From Rhodoluna sp. (GTDB lineage: Bacteria > Actinomycetota > Actinomycetes > Actinomycetales > Microbacteriaceae), in NCBI GenBank assembly GCA_016462375.1, contig JAEMTJ010000001.1, positions 4,085-46,322 on the forward strand: a stretch of DNA of 42,238 nucleotides, read 5' to 3'. Below, piece by piece: positions 29,541-40,483 of this stretch. The translations under genes and the position numbers were made by a program. The first letter of the stretch is position 1, and every line of letters begins with the position of its first letter. The notes under the pieces are model-generated. The model saw nothing but the letters and a program-made list of their open reading frames with translations, did not search any database and was not told where the DNA came from.

Positions 29541-30235
29541 TAGTTATCGGCACCCTCAAGTAAGTTGCCGACGACGGTTTGTATTTTGGCAAGGCTGAGT
29601 GCACCCTGTCGAATTACCTTTATCTTGCCCGAGGTTGTGAGCACACCTTTATCGTCATAGCTGTCTTCTAATCCAGTTAGATCAAGAATTGTTGAAGCCT
29701 CACCCTTAGGGCTAGTGCCACCGTCTAAATAAACCTCAACAGAGTCACCTAGGTAATCGAAGGCTTGCTTGGCAGTGGTGGCTGCCGGCGATCCCGTTAG
29801 GTTGGCACTAGAAACCGCAAGTGGACCAGTTTCTTCAATTAGAGCCAATGCAATCTTGTGATCTGGAACTCTAAGAGCAACTGTCTGCTTAGTTTCGCCA
29901 AGATCCCAATCGAGTGAAGGTTGCGAGCGAAGAATTAGAGTCAATGCTCCTGGCCAAAAGGTTTCAGCAAGCTTTGTTGCTGCATCGGGAAGAACTTCTA
30001 CTAAAGCTCTAGCCATGTTGAGGTTTGCAACTAGAACAGGAGGTGGGGATTGCCTGTCTCTTCCTTTCGCAGTCAACAATTTCTGAACAGCATCAGGTGA
30101 GAAAGCGTTCGCCGCCAAGCCATAAACGGTGTCTGTTGGGATAACAGCTAAATCGTTTCTACCCAGACTGACTTTTGCTAACCGCATTCCGGTTAATAGG
30201 TCAGTATCTACTGAACAGTCAAAAATCTTCTGCAC
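29540..30235 (-). CDS. tsaC: L-threonylcarbamoyladenylate synthase (Sua5/YrdC)
   Basis: PTDTVYGL, KGR, FWPGALT, LRVP, SSANLTG and ASTILDLT. Confidence 0.94.
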   Translation of the reverse strand: MQKIFDCSVDTDLLTGMRLAKVSLGRNDLAVIPTDTVYGLAANAFSPDAVQKLLTAKGRDRQSPPPVLVANLNMARALVEVLPDAATKLAETFWPGALTLILRSQPSLDWDLGETKQTVALRVPDHKIALALIEETGPLAVSSANLTGSPAATTAKQAFDYLGDSVEVYLDGGTSPKGEASTILDLTGLEDSYDDKGVLTTSGKIKVIRQGALSLAKIQTVVGNLLEGADN

Positions 30236-30250
30236 ATCTCACCTGACTTT

Positions 30251-31096
30251 CTATGCCAAAGCTGTGGTTGCTCGGTCTCGACCAACCAAATCCTTATGGG
30301 TTCTAACTTGTATCCACCCTGATGCCAATAGTAGTTCCCGAACTGCTTCTCCCTGCATGTCGGCATGCTCAATGATAAGAGTTCCGCCTGATCTAAGTAA
30401 CCGTTTAGCTGCTGAGTCGACATTTCTAACCACATCGAGCCCATCCGCTCCACCGTATAAGGCAAGGCTAGGGTCATGCAGATGAACTTCAGGATAAATC
30501 GGAATCATCTGGTCTGGAATGTATGGCGGGTTAGAAACTAAGACATCAACTATGCCGTTTAGTTCTGGAAATGCATCAACCAAATCGCCCTGAACAAGGA
30601 CAGCCTCAGGAGCAAGCTCTGCAAAATTCACTCTGGTGTATTCAAGCGCATCTTCGCTCAGTTCAATAGCAAACACTTTGGCGTTAGAAACCTCCACCGC
30701 AAGACTTAGTGCAATCGCTCCAGAACCGGTAGCAAGATCCACTGCAATTGGAGACTCATTCCCTACTGCACGAAGCGCATCAACTGCTAACTGAGTAACT
30801 ACTTCTGTCTCAGGCCTTGGCACAAAAACACCAGGGCCAACCTTTAGTGTCAACCTACGAAAATGAGCAACACCAGTTAGATGCTGCAAAGGGATCCGCT
30901 GTGCTCTTTTACCAACCAGGTCTGCATAGATTTCGGTTTCAGTAAATTCGGCATCTGTAAATGCTTTTGCTTGCAATTCTCCACGAGAGATTTTTAGCAA
31001 ATGCGCTAAGAGTATTTCTGCATCTGCTGCTGCAGATTCAATTCCAGCTTTGGCAAATGATTCAGTGGCAGATTGAAGGGCAGCTTGGATTTTCAT
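30251..31096 (-). CDS. prmC: Release factor glutamine methyltransferase
   Basis: VFVPRPETE, DLATGSGAIA and SNPPY; coupled to prfA. Confidence 0.96.
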   Translation of the reverse strand: MKIQAALQSATESFAKAGIESAAADAEILLAHLLKISRGELQAKAFTDAEFTETEIYADLVGKRAQRIPLQHLTGVAHFRRLTLKVGPGVFVPRPETEVVTQLAVDALRAVGNESPIAVDLATGSGAIALSLAVEVSNAKVFAIELSEDALEYTRVNFAELAPEAVLVQGDLVDAFPELNGIVDVLVSNPPYIPDQMIPIYPEVHLHDPSLALYGGADGLDVVRNVDSAAKRLLRSGGTLIIEHADMQGEAVRELLLASGWIQVRTHKDLVGRDRATTALA

Positions 31097-32175
31097 TAGG
31101 CTGATTCGCCTAGAGCAGCCAATCTCGCTTCTTCGTCTGCCTGAATAGCCGACTGAACAACAGGCTCAAGAGCACCGTCCATAACCTGGTCAAGGTTGTA
31201 TGACTTGTACCCGGTGCGGTGGTCAGCAATCCGGTTTTCTGGGAAATTGTAGGTTCTGATTCGCTCAGATCTGTCAACGCTTTTAACCTGTGATTTACGA
31301 GCAGCTGAAAGTTCTGCTTCGAGGGCTTCTTGCTGTGCTGCCAAAATACGAGCACGAAGCACACGCATCGCTGCCTCTCGGTTTTGTAACTGAGATTTTT
31401 CGTTCTGCATCGAAACAACAATTCCGGTTGGAATGTGAGTGATACGCACCGCTGAGTCGGTTGTGTTAACCGATTGACCACCGGGGCCAGATGAACGGAA
31501 CACGTCAACACGGATTTCGTTCTGGCTAATCTCCACTTCTTCTGGAGCGTCAACTTCCGGGAAGACTAGAACACCGGCAGCTGAGGTATGGATACGACCT
31601 TGAGTTTCAGTTACAGGAACACGCTGAACTCTGTGCACTCCACCTTCATACTTCAAATGCGCCCAGACACCTTCGGCAGGATCCGCTGAATTTCCCTTAA
31701 TAGCCACTTGAACATCTTTGACTCCGCCGAGGTCAGATTCATTCTTATCAAGAATTTCTGTCTTCCAGTTCTTGCTGTTGGCATACTGGATATACATTCT
31801 CAGCAAATCAGCTGCAAAGAGCGCAGACTCTGCTCCACCTTCACCGGCTTTGATTTCCATAATTACATCTCGACCATCATCAGGGTCTCTTGGAATTAGT
31901 AAACGTCTAAGTTTCTCTGTTGCCTCGTGAAGCTTTTCTTCCATGGCTGGAATTTCATCAGCAAAACTTTCGTCCTCTTTAGCCATTTCTTTGGCGGCAT
32001 CAAGGTCTGCTTGCATTGAATTCACACCATGGTATGCCGAAACAATAGCGTTGAGCTCCGCATATCTGCGGTTTAGCTTCTTAGCTAGTGTCGGGTTGGC
32101 ATGAACCGAAGCTTCAGAGAGTTGAGTTTGCAACTCTGCGTGTTCAGCCAGAAGTGCCTGGACTGAAGAAAGCAT
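31096..32175 (-). CDS. prfA: Peptide chain release factor 1
   Basis: PVT recognition motif, GGQ, and [11 protein letters not shown]. Confidence 0.98.
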   Translation of the reverse strand: MLSSVQALLAEHAELQTQLSEASVHANPTLAKKLNRRYAELNAIVSAYHGVNSMQADLDAAKEMAKEDESFADEIPAMEEKLHEATEKLRRLLIPRDPDDGRDVIMEIKAGEGGAESALFAADLLRMYIQYANSKNWKTEILDKNESDLGGVKDVQVAIKGNSADPAEGVWAHLKYEGGVHRVQRVPVTETQGRIHTSAAGVLVFPEVDAPEEVEISQNEIRVDVFRSSGPGGQSVNTTDSAVRITHIPTGIVVSMQNEKSQLQNREAAMRVLRARILAAQQEALEAELSAARKSQVKSVDRSERIRTYNFPENRIADHRTGYKSYNLDQVMDGALEPVVQSAIQADEEARLAALGESA

Positions 32176-33734
32176 TATTCGCCGTCAGATCCTGAAGGAA
32201 CTGGCATGGACTTCTGAACCATCATTAGGAACTCAACGTTGCTCTTAGTTTCCTTCAAGCGGTTAAGAACTAGTTCCAGAGCTTGCTGCTGTTCTAGACC
32301 AGCTAGAGCGCGACGTAGCTTCCAAACAATCTTGGTTTCATCAGGGCTCATCAACATTTCTTCGCGACGAGTTCCCGATGCATTGACATCAACTGCAGGG
32401 AAGATTCTCTTGTCTGCAAGCGCACGGGAAAGACGAAGTTCCATGTTTCCAGTTCCCTTGAACTCTTCGAAGATCACTTCATCCATCTTCGAACCAGTCT
32501 CAACAAGAGCTGTTGCAAGGATGGTTAGTGATCCACCATCTTCGATGTTACGAGCTGCACCAAAGAAACGCTTTGGTGGGTAAAGTGCTGACGAATCAAC
32601 ACCACCGGAAAGAATACGACCAGAAGCTGGAGCTGAAAGGTTGTATGCACGACCTAGACGAGTAATTGAGTCAAGCAAGACAACAACGTCATGACCTAGC
32701 TCAACTAGACGCTTTGCACGCTCGATAGCTAGCTCTGCAACGGTGGTGTGGTCTTCTGCTGGACGGTCAAAAGTAGAAGCAATAACTTCTCCCTTAACAG
32801 TTCTCTGCATGTCCGTAACTTCTTCAGGACGCTCATCAACTAGAACAACCATTAGGTGGACCTCTGGATTATTCACTGCAATTGAGTTAGCAATAGCTTG
32901 GAGAACCAAAGTTTTACCAGCTTTAGGAGGAGACACAATCAAACCACGTTGACCCTTACCAATTGGGGCTACAAGGTCAATGATTCTGGTTGAGAGCTTA
33001 TTTGGCTCAGTCTCAAGGCGCAAACGCACCTGAGGGTAAAGGGGGGTTAGCTTGCCGAATTCAACACGGTTTGCTGACTCTTCAGAAGTCTGACCGTTGA
33101 TCGAATCAATTCGAACTATTGCGTTGAACTTCTGACGTGCTTGGCTATCACCTTCACGGGGTTGACGAATTGCACCAACAACAGCGTCACCCTTGCGAAG
33201 TGAATACTTCTTAACCTGACCTAGAGACACATAAACGTCGTTAGGACCAGCAAGATAGCCGGTAGTTCTAACGAATGCATAGTTGTCCAAGATGTCTAAA
33301 ATTCCAGCTACTGGAACTAAGACATCATCCGGAGAGATCTCTGGCTCCGCCTCTTCACGATCATTGTTAGGTCCTCGACGACGGTCTGGACCACGGTCGC
33401 GGAAACGTTCGTTGCCGCGGTTGCGGTTGCGGTTACGGTTACGGTTTTGACCTTGACGGTCATTACGCTCCGGTCTTTCACTATCGACTTCGCGATCGCG
33501 CTGAGGTGATTCAGTACGAGTAGCTGATTCTGCAGGTGCAGCCTCAGGAGAACTGGTTCTGCTTCGGTTGCCTCTGCTTGCAGGAGCTGATTCGACAGGC
33601 TTAGAATCTGCGGCAGGTGCGTCTTCGGTCTTGCGCGCTCTTGAAGGCTTCTTAGCCTCGGCAGGTGCATCTGTTGCTGGCACCGCAGTTACGCGACGAG
33701 ACTTCTTTGCTTCTGGTTTTTGGATTTCATCCAT
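32175..33734 (-). CDS. rho: Transcription termination factor Rho
   Basis: Start moved to the ATG at 33734 after an AGAAAGAG SD; [11 protein letters not shown]-fold, [15 protein letters not shown] and [13 protein letters not shown]. Confidence 0.97.
   Translation of the reverse strand: MDEIQKPEAKKSRRVTAVPATDAPAEAKKPSRARKTEDAPAADSKPVESAPASRGNRSRTSSPEAAPAESATRTESPQRDREVDSERPERNDRQGQNRNRNRNRNRGNERFRDRGPDRRRGPNNDREEAEPEISPDDVLVPVAGILDILDNYAFVRTTGYLAGPNDVYVSLGQVKKYSLRKGDAVVGAIRQPREGDSQARQKFNAIVRIDSINGQTSEESANRVEFGKLTPLYPQVRLRLETEPNKLSTRIIDLVAPIGKGQRGLIVSPPKAGKTLVLQAIANSIAVNNPEVHLMVVLVDERPEEVTDMQRTVKGEVIASTFDRPAEDHTTVAELAIERAKRLVELGHDVVVLLDSITRLGRAYNLSAPASGRILSGGVDSSALYPPKRFFGAARNIEDGGSLTILATALVETGSKMDEVIFEEFKGTGNMELRLSRALADKRIFPAVDVNASGTRREEMLMSPDETKIVWKLRRALAGLEQQQALELVLNRLKETKSNVEFLMMVQKSMPVPSGSDGE
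33417..33446 (-). repeat. Coding hexamer tandem repeat (AACCGY)x5 encoding (Asn-Arg)5 in Rho
   Basis: The plus strand reads GCGGTT x3 then ACGGTT x2. Confidence 0.85.
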
Positions 33735-33861
33735 TAGTAATAACTCTTTCTTGATTAGCAATCGGTTTCTTGTTTGAGGTTGATTGCTTAGATGCACGAC
33801 CAAGTCGTGCGCTAACCGCAAGTTTTGCGGGATTTGGTACCAGACTCTTAAAGATAAGGTC

Positions 33862-34800
33862 TTACTTTCGGTACGTGATAACAGTAGCACCTTTGAAATC
33901 AACCGCCAACATTAATGGCTGCCAGAGTGGGAACTTTTCGGCTGCCAGCTTGGCTGCGGCCAGTCTTTGCGCTGGATCCGAGGCTAAAACCAGCACTGAT
34001 GGGCCTGCTCCAGAGACTACGGCGGCATGGCCTTCCGAGCGCAAAGCAGTGATTAGAGCATCAGTTTCTGGCATCGCCGCGGCTCGGTAACTCTGGTGCA
34101 ATCTGTCCTCGGTGGCAGCTAGCAGTAGTTCTGGGCTCTGTGTTAGAGCTGCTATCAAAAGAGCAGATCTAGATACGTTGAAGACAGCGTCATCGTGTGG
34201 GACTGAATCTGGTTGCAATGATCTGGCTAATTCAGTGGACATCTTGTTCTTAGGAACCAACACCAAGGGAGATACACCTCTGTGCACAAACAACTTCTTG
34301 TGCTTAGGTCCAGTTTCATCCTGCCAAGCGATAGTAAGTCCACCAAAGAGCGCAGGCGCTACGTTATCAGGATGACCCTCAAGCTCAGTTGCTATTTCTA
34401 GTAGGTCGTTTGAACTCATCTCAACTAAACCTTCAAGCAAACCTTTGGCAGCCAGGATTCCTGCAACTACCGCAGCACCTGAAGAACCCATTCCCCTTCC
34501 GTGCGGGATGTAGTTATGTGCCTTTAGACGAAGACCTGGCATTGGTTGTCTGAAGTGAGCAAAAGTAAATGCAATGGATCTAACTACTAGATTGTCATCT
34601 CCAGTTGGCACATCGTCTTGACCTTCACCAATTACTTCGACGATTGAATCACGTGCATCAACTGCTTCAACTTCTAGTTCGTCATAGTAAGACAGCGCCA
34701 TGCCCAAAGTGTCAAAACCAGGACCTAGGTTTGCTGAAGTAGCAGGCACTTTAACAACTACGCTTCTACCAATAATCGAGTTGGCTTCATCCAAACGCAT
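33862..34800 (-). CDS. thrB: Homoserine kinase
   Basis: VPATSANLGPGFD, PHGRGMGSS, EGHPDN and SGAGP. Confidence 0.97.
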   Translation of the reverse strand: MRLDEANSIIGRSVVVKVPATSANLGPGFDTLGMALSYYDELEVEAVDARDSIVEVIGEGQDDVPTGDDNLVVRSIAFTFAHFRQPMPGLRLKAHNYIPHGRGMGSSGAAVVAGILAAKGLLEGLVEMSSNDLLEIATELEGHPDNVAPALFGGLTIAWQDETGPKHKKLFVHRGVSPLVLVPKNKMSTELARSLQPDSVPHDDAVFNVSRSALLIAALTQSPELLLAATEDRLHQSYRAAAMPETDALITALRSEGHAAVVSGAGPSVLVLASDPAQRLAAAKLAAEKFPLWQPLMLAVDFKGATVITYRK

Positions 34801-35879
34801 TAGTTCTTCTCCAAGCCCAGAAGTTCAGCAACTTCGGCGGCATCTTTAGAACATGAAGTTGGACTAACTTCATTTCCGTTTTCATCTTTAAGCGCCCAGC
34901 CAACATCTTTTAGACCGTGGCCGGTTACGGTAACAACAATTTTTGCGCCAGCTGGAACTTTACCCAGCTTGGAATTCTTTAGAAGTCCCGCTGCACCGGT
35001 AGCTGAAGATGGCTCAACAAAAACGCCAACTTCATTAGATAAGAATCGGTGCATTGAGAGAATCTCATCGTCGCTAACAGCACCGAATTCTCCTTGGCTG
35101 CACTCCTGAGCGCTAAGGGCTAAATCCCAAGAAGCTGGGTTACCGATACGGATAGCAGTTGCGATTGTCTCTGGATTCTCAATCGGGTGACCAGCAATAA
35201 ATGGCGCTGCACCTTCAGCTTGAAAACCCCAAAGTTTAGGAACTGCCTTGATGATGCCCTCGTTGAACTCTTCTAGATAACCCTTGAAGTATGCAGAGTA
35301 GTTTCCAGCATTACCAACTGGCATGACGTGAAAATCAGGAGCAAAACCTAGGTTTTCCACTACTTCGAAACTTGCAGTCTTTTGACCTTCAATACGGTCA
35401 GGGTTAACCGAGTTCACCAGGTGCACCGCATAGTTTTCACTCAACTGACGAGCAAGAATTAGGCAGTCATCAAAGTTTCCTTTCACCTGCAGAATCGATG
35501 CCTTGTGAGCAATGGCTTGAGCTAATTTTCCTAGAGTGATCTTTCCTTCTGGAATAAGAACTACTGATTTAATTCCAGCAGCAGCCGCATAAGCAGCAGC
35601 ACTAGCTGAGGTGTTACCAGTAGAAGCACAAATAACTGCTTTAGCGCCCTGAGCAACAGCTTTGGTAACAGCCATTGTCATACCGCGGTCTTTAAAGGAA
35701 CCGGTCGGGTTCATACCTTCGACCTTTAGCCAAACATCTTCAACACCAACTAGCTTGGCCAATGCTGGAGCATGCACTAGAGGGGTTCCACCTTCACCCA
35801 GGGTGATGATCTTGGTGCCAGGAGCAATATCTAGTCGGTCAAAGTACTCAGTGATGACACCGCGCCATTGATTTGCCAT
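34800..35879 (-). CDS. thrC: Threonine synthase
   Basis: LGEGGTP, NPTGSFKDRG, CASTGNT, PVGNAGN and TGHGLKD. Confidence 0.97.
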   Translation of the reverse strand: MANQWRGVITEYFDRLDIAPGTKIITLGEGGTPLVHAPALAKLVGVEDVWLKVEGMNPTGSFKDRGMTMAVTKAVAQGAKAVICASTGNTSASAAAYAAAAGIKSVVLIPEGKITLGKLAQAIAHKASILQVKGNFDDCLILARQLSENYAVHLVNSVNPDRIEGQKTASFEVVENLGFAPDFHVMPVGNAGNYSAYFKGYLEEFNEGIIKAVPKLWGFQAEGAAPFIAGHPIENPETIATAIRIGNPASWDLALSAQECSQGEFGAVSDDEILSMHRFLSNEVGVFVEPSSATGAAGLLKNSKLGKVPAGAKIVVTVTGHGLKDVGWALKDENGNEVSPTSCSKDAAEVAELLGLEKN

Positions 35880-35881
35880 TG

Positions 35882-37198
35882 CTACTCTCCCTCAACTCTG
35901 ATGACTGAAGTGATTCTCTCAACAGATTCGCTATTGGCAAGTTCTGCAACAACGGCAGCTAAATCTTTATCACTAGCTTGGTGTGTTCCAATTTCTAGCC
36001 AGGCGACTGTCTCGGCCTCAATCATCTTGGCGGACTGTTCAACAGTCTCGATTGAAACCTGATGGTTAGCGAAGACTGTAGCAATTTGAGCAAGCACACC
36101 GGGTTGGTCAGAAACTTCTAAGGTGATCTGATACCTAGTCGTGACTCTAGAAATAGGTAGCACCTCAAGATCAGCGTGGACAGAATCAGCTAGCCCTGGA
36201 CCTCCGGCAACATGTCGCTTAGCTGCAGAAACTAAGTCACCCATAACTGCAGAAGCAGTTTGAATTCCACCAGCACCAGCACCATAGAACATCAAGGAAC
36301 CTGCTGCTTCTGCTTCCACGAATACAGCGTTGAATGAACCTCTAACTGAAGCCAATGGATGCTCGATAGGAACCATGGCTGGATAGACGCGAACAGAAAT
36401 ACCTGCTTCACCATGAAGAGCATCGGCAGCTATTGCTTCGCAGATTGCAAGAAGCTTGATTACATAACCATCGCGTTTAGCCGCAGCCATCTGCTCTCTA
36501 GTTATTTTTGTAATTCCCTCACGGTAAACCTTCTCAAGAGGAACCTCTGTGTGAAAAGCAAGTGAAGCTAAAATAGCTGCCTTCTGCGCAGCGTCATAAC
36601 CTTCAACATCGAGCGCTGGATCAGCTTCCAGATAACCAAGGTTGGTAGCTTCAGTCATGGCTTGTTCTAAGGTCAGACCAGCTGCATCCATGCGATCAAG
36701 AATGTAGTTGGTTGAACCGTTGACGATGCCCATGATGCGCTTAATTTTGTCGCCAGCAAGAGATTCACGAAGTGGTCTAATGATTGGGATTGCGCCAGCA
36801 ACAGCGGCTTCGAAGTAAAGTTGAGCACCAACTTGTTCAGCAGCATCAAATAACTCGGTACCGTGATTAGCTAACAAAGCTTTGTTAGCGGTAATAACAT
36901 CGCTGCCTGAGTTCAACGCCTGCAAGATTAGGGTTCGTGCTGGCTCAATGCCACCCATTACTTCAATCACAATGTCAGCACCAAGAATCAAAGATTCTGA
37001 ATCGGTGGTTAGCAGCTCAGCAGGAATCTCGTAATCCCGACTAGCTTTCTTGTCTCTAACAAAGACACCGGCAAGCTCTAGCTCAGCGCCAACCCGAGCG
37101 GCTAGCTCATCCCTGCTCTCGAGAATCAACTTGGCTACCTGGGAGCCAACCGACCCGGCACCTAGCAGGGCAATTCTTAATGGACGATATTCAATCAT
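35882..37198 (-). CDS. hom: Homoserine dehydrogenase with C-terminal ACT domain
   Basis: LLGAGSVG, TANKA, FEAAVAGAIP, GYLEADP and DQPGVLA. Confidence 0.97.
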   Translation of the reverse strand: MIEYRPLRIALLGAGSVGSQVAKLILESRDELAARVGAELELAGVFVRDKKASRDYEIPAELLTTDSESLILGADIVIEVMGGIEPARTLILQALNSGSDVITANKALLANHGTELFDAAEQVGAQLYFEAAVAGAIPIIRPLRESLAGDKIKRIMGIVNGSTNYILDRMDAAGLTLEQAMTEATNLGYLEADPALDVEGYDAAQKAAILASLAFHTEVPLEKVYREGITKITREQMAAAKRDGYVIKLLAICEAIAADALHGEAGISVRVYPAMVPIEHPLASVRGSFNAVFVEAEAAGSLMFYGAGAGGIQTASAVMGDLVSAAKRHVAGGPGLADSVHADLEVLPISRVTTRYQITLEVSDQPGVLAQIATVFANHQVSIETVEQSAKMIEAETVAWLEIGTHQASDKDLAAVVAELANSESVERITSVIRVEGE

Positions 37199-38601
37199 TG
37201 GGAAACCTTTGTCGCTGTTGTGTTTAGTCTGGCATCTCTAGCCAGTAGGTCTGCTTCTGTTTCTGCTCTAACCAAAAGAGTGGACTGTCCATTCTTGACG
37301 GCCACTACCGCTGGTCGTGCCAAGTAGTTGTAGTTGCTGGCCAACGAGAAGCAATATGCTCCGGTAACTGCAACTGCAACAAGATCATTGGGGCTGATGT
37401 CCTCTGGTAAGAATGCATCTCTAACCACAATATCCCCTGACTCACAGTGCTTACCAACGACTCTTGAAATAACTGGTTCAGCATCTGATTCTCTAGAGGC
37501 TAGTGCAACTGAATAATCCGCTTCATAAAGAGCAGGCCTTGCGTTATCGCTCATGCCACCATCAATGCTTACGTATTTACGACTTGCAGTTTCTTCAACC
37601 GTGACATCTTTAGTTGTCCCAACGTTATACAAAGTAATTCCAGCAGGACCTACGATGTATCTTCCTGGTTCGAAAGCTAAAGCCGGAACAGCAATCCCGT
37701 ACTTCTTGCATTCTTGCTCAACAGTTTCGGTAATAGCAAAAGCAATTTCTTCGATCTGCAATGGCTTATCTAGTTCGGTGTATGCAACACCAAATCCGCC
37801 ACCGAGGTTTAGTTCTGGAACAGGACCGGATTTCAATAACTCTGCATGTAGAGCAACTAGACGCTTAGCTGCTTCGACAAATCCTTCAACAGCAAATATC
37901 TGTGAACCGATATGCGAATGTAGTCCTAGGAATTGCAGGTGTTTGTGCGAACGTATGTTGGCAACTACCTGAGGAACATCAGCAATAGCGATACCGAACT
38001 TTTGATCTTCACGAGCGGTAGCCAGGTATTCGTGGGTGTGAGCATGCACACCGGTGTTGACCCTGAGCCGGACCGGTTGGATTCTGTCCTGAGCCCCAGC
38101 AGCTGAGGCGACTCGCTCGACTTCAATTTCGCTATCGATAACAATCACTCCAACGCCAGCAGCAACTGCTCTACCAATTTCGCCATGTGATTTGTTGTTA
38201 CCGTGCAAACCAATGCGTGCAGGTGTTATCCCACCAGCTAGAGCAACTGCTAACTCCCCTCCTGAAGACACATCTAAATACAGCCCAAGTTCATCCACCC
38301 AACGAACTATTTCTGAACAGAGAAAAGCCTTGCCGGCGTAGTAAAGCTTTGAAGAAGTTCCATACCTACTTGAAGCAGCCGAGAAAGCTTCTGTAATTCG
38401 TTGCGCTCTGTCGAAGAAATCAACTTGATCTAAGACATAAAGTGGGGTTCCGTATTCACCAGCCAAATCTCCAACTGATACTCCGCCGATAGAAAGCTGT
38501 CCCTCACTCTCACGTTTGGCAGTTGCGGGCCAAATGTCTTTGGCTAATTTATTGATATCACTTGGTTTAGTTAGCCAGCTAGGTGCAAGAATTTCCCCCA
38601 C
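37195..38601 (-). CDS. lysA: Diaminopimelate decarboxylase
   Basis: YAGKAF, HGNNKS, HSHIGSQ, NLGGG, EPGR, HCESGD and TGAY. Confidence 0.97.
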   Translation of the reverse strand: MGEILAPSWLTKPSDINKLAKDIWPATAKRESEGQLSIGGVSVGDLAGEYGTPLYVLDQVDFFDRAQRITEAFSAASSRYGTSSKLYYAGKAFLCSEIVRWVDELGLYLDVSSGGELAVALAGGITPARIGLHGNNKSHGEIGRAVAAGVGVIVIDSEIEVERVASAAGAQDRIQPVRLRVNTGVHAHTHEYLATAREDQKFGIAIADVPQVVANIRSHKHLQFLGLHSHIGSQIFAVEGFVEAAKRLVALHAELLKSGPVPELNLGGGFGVAYTELDKPLQIEEIAFAITETVEQECKKYGIAVPALAFEPGRYIVGPAGITLYNVGTTKDVTVEETASRKYVSIDGGMSDNARPALYEADYSVALASRESDAEPVISRVVGKHCESGDIVVRDAFLPEDISPNDLVAVAVTGAYCFSLASNYNYLARPAVVAVKNGQSTLLVRAETEADLLARDARLNTTATKVSQ

Positions 38602-38603
38602 GA

Positions 38604-40259
38604 TTACATCCGCTCCGGCGCAGAAACGCCTAATACTCGAAGCCCATTAGCAAGAACAACAGATGCAGCACTGTTTAGCCACAATCTCGTTTTGTGCACT
38701 GGCTCAACTGGCATTGCTGCTAAGGGTGTGACACGACAGTTGTCATACCAGCGGTGGTAAGCACCAGCAACTTCTTCTAGGTATCTAGCCACTAGGTGCG
38801 GGGCTCTTTCATCAGCTGAGTGTGCCATAACTTTTGGTAGCTGAGCTAACTTGCCAAGTAGTTCTGATTCACTTGGGTGAGTTAGTAGTGCAGGATCGAA
38901 CTCACTGTCATCAACCCCTAGAGAGACAGCATTGTTAGCGACCTGCTTAGTTCTGGCATGCGCATACTGCACATAGAACACCGGGTTATCGTTGGTCTTT
39001 TTTGATAACTGATCAAGATCGATATCTAGCATTGAGTTAATTGAAGAACGAGTCAGCGCATATCTAGCCGCATCAACACCAACAACTTCAACTAGGTCTT
39101 CCATCGTCACAACTGTTCCAGCACGCTTGGACATTCTTACTGGCTGTCCGTCTTTGACAAGGTTGACTAATTGACCGATGAGAATTTCTAGATTTACACC
39201 TGGCTCATCGCCAAAGGCTGAGCACATAGCCATCATTCTCTGCACATAACCGTGGTGATCAGCTCCAAGCATATAAATGGCTCTATCAAAACCACGTTCA
39301 CGCTTGTCTAAGTAATAAGCGAGATCTCCAGCAATATAGGCTGCTTCACCATCGCTCTTGATCACTACGCGATCTCTGTCATCGCCAAAAGTTGTTGACC
39401 TTAGCCAAATCGCACCATCTTGTTCATAGATGTGTCCAAGAGTTCTGAGTCTTTCGATAGCTTTCTGCACTGCACCTGATTCATACAAAGAGTTTTCGTG
39501 GAAGAACACGTCGAAGTGAACACCAAAGTCTTCCAGCGATTTTCTAATCTCAGCAAACATCAGTTCAACACCAACTGCCCTGAATGCTTCATTGGCTTCT
39601 GCATCTGACAGAGTTGCGGCATCTGGATGCTGCTCTAAGACTTGGTTTGCAATCTGATTGATGTATTCGCCTGCGTAGCCATCTTCAGGAGCGGCTTCTT
39701 TTCTAGCAGCTGCAACAAGCGAACGTGCAAAACGATCAATCTGTGCACCGTGATCATTGAAGTAATACTCTCTAGTAACAGTTGCGCCCTGAGCTTCAAA
39801 GATCCTGGCTAAGGAATCTCCAACAGCTGCCCACCGAGTCCCACCAATATGAATTGGCCCAGTTGGGTTAGCTGAAACAAACTCGAGATTCATCTTTAGT
39901 CCCTGGAGGTCATTTCCAGTGCCAAAGGCTTTGCCTGCTAGCACTATCTGTTTAGCTAGTTCACCGGCCGCTGCAGCGCTCAGGGTGATGTTGATAAAGC
40001 CGGGGCCAGCCACATCCACCTTTTCAACGCCAGGCTCTTTAGCCAGTTCAGCTGCTAGTAGGTTGGCAAATTCTCTCGGATTACCAGCAAGTTTTGCTCC
40101 TGATTGCATTGCAACGTTGGTTGCCCAATCGCCATGATCCCTATTTTTAGGTCTGTCAACCGTAACGTCAGTTGGTAATTCGCCCGTAGCCAGCAACCCA
40201 TTTGCCTGCAGGGAGGCAATAATGCGCAAGATGCTTGCGGCAATGTCGGCAGGGGTCAC
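38604..40259 (-). CDS. argS: Arginine--tRNA ligase
   Basis: Start moved to the GTG at 40259 (VTPADIA) after AAAGGT; [27 protein letters not shown] and YVQYAHAR. Confidence 0.97.
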   Translation of the reverse strand: MTPADIAASILRIIASLQANGLLATGELPTDVTVDRPKNRDHGDWATNVAMQSGAKLAGNPREFANLLAAELAKEPGVEKVDVAGPGFINITLSAAAAGELAKQIVLAGKAFGTGNDLQGLKMNLEFVSANPTGPIHIGGTRWAAVGDSLARIFEAQGATVTREYYFNDHGAQIDRFARSLVAAARKEAAPEDGYAGEYINQIANQVLEQHPDAATLSDAEANEAFRAVGVELMFAEIRKSLEDFGVHFDVFFHENSLYESGAVQKAIERLRTLGHIYEQDGAIWLRSTTFGDDRDRVVIKSDGEAAYIAGDLAYYLDKRERGFDRAIYMLGADHHGYVQRMMAMCSAFGDEPGVNLEILIGQLVNLVKDGQPVRMSKRAGTVVTMEDLVEVVGVDAARYALTRSSINSMLDIDLDQLSKKTNDNPVFYVQYAHARTKQVANNAVSLGVDDSEFDPALLTHPSESELLGKLAQLPKVMAHSADERAPHLVARYLEEVAGAYHRWYDNCRVTPLAAMPVEPVHKTRLWLNSAASVVLANGLRVLGVSAPERM

Positions 40260-40410
40260 TTGAATACCTTTTATTTTGAGAGAAATATCTGTGTCAGGCA
40301 GGCAACAGCGCCGGCACCAGTAGTGCTCTAAGTCTAGCGAAGAGCCCCAGATAGGCCGAAATGTCCCAGAGACCAAAGATATGGCGCTGGTAGTCTGGGT
40401 ATATCTTTGA

Positions 40411-40482
40411 GCCCCCATAGCTCAGGGGATAGAGCACCGCCCTCCGGAGGCGGGGGCGCAGGTTCGATTCCTGCTGGGGGCG
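40411..40482 (+). tRNA. tRNA-Arg (anticodon CCG), CCA not encoded
   Basis: Acceptor stem GCCCCCA/TGGGGGC, D arm GCTC..GAGC, anticodon arm CCGCC-CTCCGGA-GGCGG, T arm GCAGG-TTCGATT-CCTGC; divergent from argS; candidate -10 TAGTCT at 40391-40396. Confidence 0.97.
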
Positions 40483-40483
40483 C

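Noticed and set aside
33735-33902. 56-aa N-terminal extension of Rho in the ORF track (likewise for potB, atpC and argS)
   Set aside because: The extensions overlap neighbouring genes or promoters and lack family similarity; downstream starts have better SD or coupling context.
40260-40410. T-box or riboswitch upstream of argS-lysA
   Set aside because: The predicted leader is only about 65 nt, with no T-box consensus or terminator/antiterminator visible.
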